Positions 15,601-21,330 of a stretch of DNA of 21,330 nucleotides are shown here, piece by piece. Numbering within the stretch: position 1 is the stretch's first letter; each line of letters begins with the position of its first letter. Under the pieces are notes generated by a model that was given only the letters and a program-made list of their open reading frames with translations, was not told the origin of the DNA and did no database searches. The stretch lies in the NCBI GenBank assembly GCA_044220955.1, contig JBGAQA010000107.1, positions 1 to 21,330 of the forward strand, written 5' to 3'. Source of the DNA: Sandaracinaceae bacterium (GTDB lineage: Bacteria > Myxococcota_A > Polyangia > Polyangiales > Sandaracinaceae). The position numbers were made by a program, and so were the translations under genes.

Positions 15601-16692
15601 GGTCACGAGGTGGCCGAGGTTCGCCTTGAGCGATCCGATCGCGAGCGGGCCGCCGCGCCCCTCCATCACGCGCCCGAGGCTCGCCAGCTCCGTCGCGTCG
15701 CCCACCGGCGTGCCCGTCGCGTGGCACTCGACGTAGCTCACGCTCGACGGCGCGATGCCTGCACGGGCGTACGCCTGCTGCATCGCGCGGACCTGTCCCT
15801 CTTCGCTGGGGGCCAGCAGACCACGACCACGGCCGTCGTTCGAGAGCCCCACGCCGCGGATGACGCCGAGGATCCGATCGCCGTCGCGCACCGCGTCGGA
15901 GAGGCGTCGGAGCACGAGCACGGCGCACCCCTCGGCCGGGACGAGACCGTCGGCGTCGGCGTGGAAGGGCCGGCTGCGTCCGCTCTTGCTCATCGCCGCC
16001 AGCGCGCAGAACCCGACGTGGATGAAGAGATCGTCCGCGCGCGACACGGCGCCGGCGAGCATCCAGTCGGCCTGCCCGCTCGCGAGAGCGTCGCACGCGT
16101 GCGCGATGGCGTAGAGCGAGCTCGCGCAGGCCGCGTCGAGGCAGAAGCGCGGGCCCGCGAGCCCGAGCGCGGGGCCGAGCAGGTGCGCGGGCAGGCCCGA
16201 CATGAACCGGTTGCGCGCATCGGGCCGCTCGCTCGGCCCGCCGAGCCACACGCTCGACGCGAAGCGGCTGAGCGCGTCGGTCGGGAACGAGAGGTTGCCC
16301 AGGATCGCGCCGGTCCGCGCCGGGTCGACGCCGCGTGCGTCGCGAACCGCCTCGCGGGCGGTGTGCAGCACCCACTGGAAGAGCGGATCGAGCGCGCGGA
16401 CGGAGCGCTCCGAGAGCGCTCCGAAGCCGCGAGGATCGACGACGTCCTCCCAGCCCGTGACGTAGCCGCCGCGGTCCGACCAGCTCCGGTCGCCGGAGGT
16501 GTCGCTCGTGCTGCCCATCACGCGCGCCTTCGGGAGCCCCCAGCGGCCTTCGGCGGCGGGCGTCACGGCGTCGCGCCCCTCGAGGACGAGCGCGGCGAGC
16601 TCGGCGGGGTTACGGGCACCAGGAAGGAGGCATGCCCGCCCGACGATCGCGACGGGCGCGAACGACGAGGGCGCAGACGAGGATTCCGCCAT
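12598..16692 (-). CDS. pfa3: PUFA synthase Pfa3-like, N-terminal part: KS, chain-length factor, linker, pseudo-DH + FabA-type DH (1364 aa from ATG 16692)
   Basis: KS triad DAACASS (Cys 16128-16126), CHATGT and LGHLVTAAG, then SAFGFGGNNAH. Second KS-like domain has SAEERSG (Cys replaced by Glu, CLF-like). DH motif WFFDGHFHLDPCMPGTLMFDG. Ends abruptly at LCTVDG-RWRRAAA*. Confidence 0.88.
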   Translation of the reverse strand: MAESSSAPSSFAPVAIVGRACLLPGARNPAELAALVLEGRDAVTPAAEGRWGLPKARVMGSTSDTSGDRSWSDRGGYVTGWEDVVDPRGFGALSERSVRALDPLFQWVLHTAREAVRDARGVDPARTGAILGNLSFPTDALSRFASSVWLGGPSERPDARNRFMSGLPAHLLGPALGLAGPRFCLDAACASSLYAIAHACDALASGQADWMLAGAVSRADDLFIHVGFCALAAMSKSGRSRPFHADADGLVPAEGCAVLVLRRLSDAVRDGDRILGVIRGVGLSNDGRGRGLLAPSEEGQVRAMQQAYARAGIAPSSVSYVECHATGTPVGDATELASLGRVMEGRGGPLAIGSLKANLGHLVTAAGAAGVLKILAALEARSIPPTPHVDAPSKALDPARFRVLGKREAWNTAGGVRRAAISAFGFGGNNAHVVIDEWHPEQAASEKAVTAVGIEVRSTPRVVVVGIGARVADGQSAADLAASWREKRSRVRPRPEGGVASAHAEEVVLELTGLRFPPADLERTIAQQTMLLAAAREVATGLSLPSLRTGVFSGMGCDAEVARWGARWRLGEDGADRDAIAPRLVAATVVGTMPNVPANRLSSQLDLGGPSHTVSAEERSGLVALGLARRALEEGELDAALVCASELCSEPVHEAALKELRLEAVSGDAALVLVLEREDDARKNGHPILARLGDEDARAVWRTERSEVERLFGRPHAAVGLLHVALATIELAHASAETAAITIETPSLEGPTERVTLERVGPRQPWPVARALAGPVVRLPAHPPRPRSTKSETTTMTKNANGNGGARSMPRAPALPPVGTRARPVAAALLAAVPATEVAHEPSTDAGPLAQILLQAAEHQRALGELHRRFVEDQVAMHQRFLAMRGQMSDVLIGGAWGGAGIAEPALEEASSPSPSPSPSPSPSPSLSPSPSPSPSPSPSPTAGPSPQPSPRARGEGAEARALPAKKRGGLTPAPVVPTPKGPTFDRAQLEIHASGKISEIFGPLFAQQDAHAIQVRMPTPPMLLATRCTGIDATPGVLGKGTCWTETDVVETSWYLHQGRMPPGIWIESGQADLFLISYMGIDFLNQGNRCYRLLGCELTYHRSPPRVGETLTYDIHVDGHANQGDVRLMFFHYDCRIGGQPALTVRNGQAGFFTYQELDESAGILWKPEAQEIVPDARVDAPKVALAKTSLTRDDLEALARGRADICFGAGFEAAASHVRSPCIQGGRMLFLDRVDVIEPEGGPWKRGYLRATQDIREDHWFFDGHFHLDPCMPGTLMFDGCMQTMSVYLAAMGVTLGRDGWRFEPVTGETYKMLCRGQVTPKSKQLVYEVFVEELRDDPSGPVLYADLLCTVDGRWRRAAA
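13821..13861. repeat. REP-like palindromic element inside the pfa3 reading frame
   Basis: Perfect 11-bp stem CCCTCTCCCCG-tgcg-CGGGGAGAGGG (13823-13848). Minus strand reads CCCCTCACCCCAACCCTCTCCCCGCGCACGGGGAGAGGGAG. Confidence 0.75.
13871..13960. repeat. Hexamer microsatellite (GGCGAG)7 AGCGAG (GGCGAG)7 encoding (SP)7-SL-(SP)7
   Basis: 15 units, 90 nt, counted directly; no synonymous variation among the Ser-Pro units. Confidence 0.95.
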
Positions 16693-16810
16693 GGGGAGCG
16701 CTACCAAACCCGCGATCTGTCCGACCGGCAAGCGGTTTCGGCGCAGCGTGACCGATCCGTGACGGAGCACGTGCGAGACCTCTCGCCGACCCTCGCCGGG
16801 GCTACGACGG

Positions 16811-17851
16811 CTACGACGGGCGGCTGGAGGGGACCGGGCCGTGCCAGCTCGAGAGAACCTGCACGTAGTCCGCGCGCTCGTACGCGGAAGGGTCGGGCGA
16901 GCGCGCCGCGCTCATGTTGCCGCGCATCTGCGCCAGCGAGCGGTACTCCTCGTGCGCGAGGAAGTCGCGCAGACCCTCGGTCAGCGCGCGCATGCGCTCG
17001 GGTCCGTGCAGCAGCAGCGCCGAGACGACCTGGACGATCGTCGCGCCCGTCATGATGGCCTTGATCGCGTCGATCGGCTCGTGCACGCCGCCGCTGGCCG
17101 CGAGCGAGAGCCGCGCCCGCGGTGAGAGGAGCGCGAGCCAGCGCAGGCGCAGGAGCAGCTCGCTCGAGGTGGAGAGGTGCAGCGTGCGGCGGGTGGCCAG
17201 GGCGACCGGGTCGACGTCGGCCTGGTAGAAGCGGTTGAACAGGACGACGCCACGCGCGCCGGCGTCCTCGCACGCGCGGACGAAGTGGGGCAAGGACGAG
17301 TAGAACGGCGAGAGCTTCACGGCGACGGGGATCCCGACGCGATGCACGACGGCGCGGACGACCTCGAGCTGCGAGCGCTCGACCTCCGCGGCGCTCACGG
17401 AAGGATCGGAGGGAAGGGCGTAGAGATTGAGCTCGAGGGCGCTCGCGCCGGCCTGCTCGAGCATGCGCGCGTGCTCGACCCACCCGCCGGGCGTCGTGCC
17501 GTTCAGGGACGCCACGACGGGCACGGCGACGCGCCTCCGGATCCGCTCGAGCTGCGCGAGGTACCGGTCGACGCCCATCGCGAACGCGCTCTCGGGCAGG
17601 AAGGTCCGCGTGGACTCGCCGCCGAGCCCCGCGTGCGTGACGTGCGCCCGTGTGGCGCGCTCCTCGAGCGCGAGCTGCTCCTCGAAGAGCGAGCGCATGG
17701 TGATCATCGGCGCGCCCGCGTCCTCGAGGCGCAGGACCACGTCGAGGTCGTCGGCCAGGGGCGAGGCGCCGGGCACGATCGGGCTCGCGATGCGCAGGCC
17801 GAGGTAGTCGGTCTCGAGCGAGTGCGGCGCCGGGGCGGTCTCTGCGCTCAT
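16811..17851 (-). CDS. Dihydroorotate dehydrogenase-like FMN protein (PFOR-associated type), 346 aa
   Basis: LETDYLGLRIASPIVPGASPL, RSLFEEQ, PVVASLNG, ELNLY, AVKLSP, LFNRFYQ, AASGGVH, GATIVQVVSALL, YERADY. ATG overlaps the PFOR stop (ATGA) with GGAG upstream. Confidence 0.88.
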   Translation of the reverse strand: MSAETAPAPHSLETDYLGLRIASPIVPGASPLADDLDVVLRLEDAGAPMITMRSLFEEQLALEERATRAHVTHAGLGGESTRTFLPESAFAMGVDRYLAQLERIRRRVAVPVVASLNGTTPGGWVEHARMLEQAGASALELNLYALPSDPSVSAAEVERSQLEVVRAVVHRVGIPVAVKLSPFYSSLPHFVRACEDAGARGVVLFNRFYQADVDPVALATRRTLHLSTSSELLLRLRWLALLSPRARLSLAASGGVHEPIDAIKAIMTGATIVQVVSALLLHGPERMRALTEGLRDFLAHEEYRSLAQMRGNMSAARSPDPSAYERADYVQVLSSWHGPVPSSRPS

Positions 17852-20800
17852 GGCTTCTCCGGGGGGGCGTGGATCGTCGCCAGCTGCCGGTAGATGGCCA
17901 GTCGCCGGTCCACGGCGCGCTCGGCGTCGGCGACGAGCCGCGCGTGCCTCGCCGGATCCGAGAGCTCCACGGCCCGGAATCGGCCCTCGTTCATCATGTA
18001 GTCGCGCACGCGCGCCTTGCGGCCTGTCTCGGGTGGAGCCGCGTCCAGCACGAGCGGGCTCTCCCCCGCGGCGAGCCGGCGTGGGTCGAAGCGATAGAGA
18101 GGCCACACGCCGGACTCGACGGCGAGGCGCTGCTGCTCGAGCCCGTGTGCCAGGTCGTAGCCGTGCGCGATGCAGTGGCTGTACGCGATGATCAGCGAGG
18201 GTCCGTGCCAGCTCTCGGCCTCCCGGAGCGCGTCGAGCGTCTGCTTGTCGCGGGCGCCCATCGCGACCGCGGCGACGTAGACGTGACCGTACGACATCGC
18301 GTGGAGCCCGAGATCCTTCTTCCCCACGCTCTTGCCCGCGGACGCGAACTTCGCCGAAGCCCCGAGCGGCGTGGCCTTCGACTGCTGGCCGCCGGTGTTG
18401 CTGTAGACCTCCGTGTCGAGCACGAGGACGTTCACGTTCGCGTCCGAGGCCAGGACGTGGTCGAGCCCGCCGTAGCCGATGTCGTAGGCCCAGCCGTCAC
18501 CGCCCACGATCCAGACGCTCTTCGGCACGAGGTGATCGGCGACCGCTGCGAGCTCCCGCGCGCGGGGGCCCTCGACGCAGGCGAGCTGCGCGCGCAGGGC
18601 GAGCACGCGCTCGCGCTGCGCCGCGATCCCGGCGTCGTCCGCCGGCGCGGTGTCGAGCAGCGACGTCGCGAGCGCGTCGCCGACGACGCTCGCCATCGAG
18701 CGGAGGAGCGCGCGGGCTCTCTCGCGGTGCGCGTCGAGCGCGAGGCGCAGCCCGAGACCGACCTCGGCGTTGTCCTCGAAGAGCGAGTTGGTCCACGCCG
18801 GGCCGCGGCCGTCCGGCCCGGTGGTCCAGGGCGTCGTCGGCAGGTTCCCGCCGAAGATCGACGAGCAGCCGGTGGCGTTGGCGATCACCGCGCGGTCGCC
18901 GAAGAGCTGCGTCATCAGCTTGAGGTAGGGCGTCTCGCCGCACCCCGAGCACGCGAGGCTGAACTCGAAGAGCGGAGCGACCAGCTGCGAGCCCTTCACG
19001 TCGAGATGCACCTTCGCGCGCTCGATCGGCGGCACCGTCTCTGCCCACGCCCAGCGCGCGCGCTCGGCATCCCGGATCGTCTCCGCGGGCACCATGTCGA
19101 GGGACTTGTGTCGGGGGTTGCCCTTGTCCTTGGCGGGGCAGACCTCGACGCAGAGCCGGCAGCCGGTGCAGTCGTCGGGCGCGACCTGTACGACGTAGGC
19201 GAGACCGGCCTGCTCCTTGGCCTTGTAGGTGAGGGTCTGCGTGCCTGCCGGGGCGCCGGCCGCCGCCTCGGGCGCGCACACGAGCGTGCGGATCGCCGCG
19301 TGCGGACACACCATCGCGCACTTGTTGCACTGGATGCAGAGCGACGCGTCCCACGAGGGAAGCTCGAGGGCGATGCTGCGCTTCTCCCACTTCGAGGTCC
19401 CCGTCGGCCAGGTTCCGTCGACCGGGAACGCGCTCACGGGCAGTCGATCGCCGTGCCCGGCGAGGATCGCCGCGGTCACGCGCTGGACGAAGTCGGGCGC
19501 GCGCGCGGGGACGGCCCTCGGCCTGCGGCGCGTCGCGCTCGCGCTCGCGGGAACGGACACCTCTCGCATCGCGGCGACCGCGCGCTCGATCGCGAGGTGG
19601 TTCTTCTCCACCACGCTCGCGCCGCGCTTGCCGTAGCTCTTGGTGGCGGCGTCGCGCATGTGCGCCATCGCCTCGTCCATCGGCAGCACCCGGCAGAGCG
19701 CGAAGAAGCACGCCTGGAGCACGGTGCCGATGTGGCGCCCCAGGCCCTGCTCGGCCGCGACCGCGTTGGCGTCGATCACGAAGAACCGCACCCGGCGCTC
19801 GGTGATCTCGTCTTGCACCTCGCGCGGCAGGCGATCCCACGCCTCGCCCGGGGCCCAGGGCGCGTTGAGCAGGAACGTCGCGCCGGGCATCGCGTGCTCG
19901 AGCACGTCGTGACGCTCGAGGATGCTCGCATGGTGGCACGCGACGAAGTGCGCACGCTGCACGAGGTACGGCGACCGGATGGGCCTCGGCCCGAAGCGCA
20001 GGTGCGAGACGGTGACCGCTCCCGCCTTCCGCGAGTCGTAGACGAAGTAGCCCTGCGCGTAGTGCTCGGTCTGCTCGCCGATGATCTGGATGGTGTTCTT
20101 GTTGCTGCCGACCGTGCCGTCGGAGCCCATGCCGAACACGATCGCGCGCACGACGTCGTCGGCCTCGATGTCGACCCCGGCGTCCCAGCGCAGCGAGCGG
20201 TGCGTGACGTCGTCCTCGATCCCGATCGTGAAGCGCGGCGGCGCCGAGCCGCCCAGCGCCTCGAAGACCGCGACGAGCATCGCGGGCGTCAGCTCCTTGC
20301 TCGAGAGCCCGTAGCGGCCGGCGACGACCCGTGGCATCGGGCGTCCGCTCTCGGCGAGCGCGCCCAGCACGTCGAGGAAGAGGGGATCGCCCAGCGCGCC
20401 CGGCTCCTTGGTGCGGTCGAGCACCGCGATGGACCGTGTCGTCGCGGGCAGAGCGCGCAGGAGCGCGGCGGCGTCGAACGGACGGTAGAGGCGCACCCGC
20501 AGGACCCCGACGCGCTCGCCCGCGCGCAGCAGGTGATCGACCGTCTCGATCGCCGTCTCGGTCGCGGAGCCCATCGCGACGAGCACGCGCTCGGCCTCGG
20601 GATGCCCATGGTACTCGAACGCCCGGTACTGGCGCCCCGTGAGCTCGGCGAAGCGCGACATCACGCCGTCGAGGATGCGCGGCGCGGCGTCGTAGAAGGG
20701 GTTGGCCGCCTCGCGCGCCTGGAAGAAGGTGTCGGGGTTCTGCGCGGTGCCGCGCAGCACGGGCAGGTCGGGCGTGAGCCCGCGCGCGCGGTGGGCGGCG

Positions 20801-21330
20801 AGCGCGTCCTCGTCGATCAGCGCGCGGAGCACGTCGTCGTCGACGAGCGTGATCTTGGCGACCTCGTGAGAGGTCCGGAAGCCGTCGAAGAAGTGCAGGA
20901 ACGGGATCCGCGATCGGAGCGAGGCGGCGTGCGCGATCGCCGCCAGATCCTGAGCCTCCTGCACCGACGCCGAGGCGAGCATCGCGAAGCCGGTCGATCG
21001 GCACGCCATCACGTCCGAGTGGTCGCCGAAGATCGAGAGCGCGTGCGTCGCGATGGAGCGCGCCGCGACGTGCATCACGAAGGGCGTGAGCTCGCCGGCG
21101 ATCTTGAACATGTCCGGGATCATCAGGAGCAGGCCCTGGGAGGCCGTGAAGGTCGTCGAGAGCGCGCCCGCGGTGATGGCGCCGTGGACCGCGCCGGCGG
21201 CGCCCGCCTCCGACTGCATCTCCACGACGCGCGGCACCCGGCCCCACACGTTGGCCTGGCCCTTGGCCGACCACTCGTCGGCGAGCTCGCCCATCGTGGA
21301 GCTCGGCGTGATCGGGTAGAGCGCGATCAC
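17848..21330 (-). CDS. nifJ: Pyruvate:ferredoxin (flavodoxin) oxidoreductase, single-chain type (5'-truncated by window edge)
   Basis: YPITPS, EMQSEAGAAGAVHG, TFTASQGLLLM, FFDGFRTSHE; ferredoxin motifs CIQCNKC...CP and CTGCRLC...CP; ACSGCGETPY, NATGCSSI; TPP motif GGDGWAYDIG...YSNTGGQ. Confidence 0.97.
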   Translation of the reverse strand: MIALYPITPSSTMGELADEWSAKGQANVWGRVPRVVEMQSEAGAAGAVHGAITAGALSTTFTASQGLLLMIPDMFKIAGELTPFVMHVAARSIATHALSIFGDHSDVMACRSTGFAMLASASVQEAQDLAAIAHAASLRSRIPFLHFFDGFRTSHEVAKITLVDDDVLRALIDEDALAAHRARGLTPDLPVLRGTAQNPDTFFQAREAANPFYDAAPRILDGVMSRFAELTGRQYRAFEYHGHPEAERVLVAMGSATETAIETVDHLLRAGERVGVLRVRLYRPFDAAALLRALPATTRSIAVLDRTKEPGALGDPLFLDVLGALAESGRPMPRVVAGRYGLSSKELTPAMLVAVFEALGGSAPPRFTIGIEDDVTHRSLRWDAGVDIEADDVVRAIVFGMGSDGTVGSNKNTIQIIGEQTEHYAQGYFVYDSRKAGAVTVSHLRFGPRPIRSPYLVQRAHFVACHHASILERHDVLEHAMPGATFLLNAPWAPGEAWDRLPREVQDEITERRVRFFVIDANAVAAEQGLGRHIGTVLQACFFALCRVLPMDEAMAHMRDAATKSYGKRGASVVEKNHLAIERAVAAMREVSVPASASATRRRPRAVPARAPDFVQRVTAAILAGHGDRLPVSAFPVDGTWPTGTSKWEKRSIALELPSWDASLCIQCNKCAMVCPHAAIRTLVCAPEAAAGAPAGTQTLTYKAKEQAGLAYVVQVAPDDCTGCRLCVEVCPAKDKGNPRHKSLDMVPAETIRDAERARWAWAETVPPIERAKVHLDVKGSQLVAPLFEFSLACSGCGETPYLKLMTQLFGDRAVIANATGCSSIFGGNLPTTPWTTGPDGRGPAWTNSLFEDNAEVGLGLRLALDAHRERARALLRSMASVVGDALATSLLDTAPADDAGIAAQRERVLALRAQLACVEGPRARELAAVADHLVPKSVWIVGGDGWAYDIGYGGLDHVLASDANVNVLVLDTEVYSNTGGQQSKATPLGASAKFASAGKSVGKKDLGLHAMSYGHVYVAAVAMGARDKQTLDALREAESWHGPSLIIAYSHCIAHGYDLAHGLEQQRLAVESGVWPLYRFDPRRLAAGESPLVLDAAPPETGRKARVRDYMMNEGRFRAVELSDPARHARLVADAERAVDRRLAIYRQLATIHAPPEKP

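Noticed and set aside
14059..17055. 998-aa plus-strand ORF
   Set aside because: Antisense to the KS/CLF and DHODH-like coding regions; Arg/Ala-rich with no domain signal.
16811..17851. Calling this gene pyrD
   Set aside because: Lacks the canonical catalytic Cys loop and resembles the PFOR-associated DHODH-like group, so no symbol was assigned.
18497..21274. 925-aa alternative-frame ORF within nifJ
   Set aside because: Arg-rich shadow frame; all PFOR motifs are in the other frame.

Overview
Very GC-rich bacterial window. Gene content (myxobacterial-type Pfa3, Asp-Ala-Gly-linker lipoproteins, TSP3-repeat protein) suggests Myxococcota/Polyangia, which is an inference. Left to right: the 3' end of a TPR + YfaP/DUF2135-like gene; a lipoprotein with a full PHM/DBH-type copper-ligand set; three minus-strand genes (DedA/TVP38 membrane protein, small lipoprotein, site-2-protease homologue with a broken HExxH), each with a TACnnT -10 box 6-8 nt before its start codon; and an intergenic (RGCGAG)n tract. 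Next is a divergent two-gene unit: a pseudo-trypsin/TSP3 protein split by a frameshift at a C8 run, and an overlapping 431-aa lipoprotein. The minus-strand block on the right holds PFOR (nifJ), a DHODH-like flavoprotein, and a stand-alone, AT-less Pfa3-type PUFA synthase subunit (KS-CLF-DH'/DH-DH'/DH-PKS DH-AGPAT) broken at ~12622, apparently by a short deletion. No tRNA, rRNA, CRISPR array or transposase was recognised. Family calls rest on motif recognition by eye, not on database searches.
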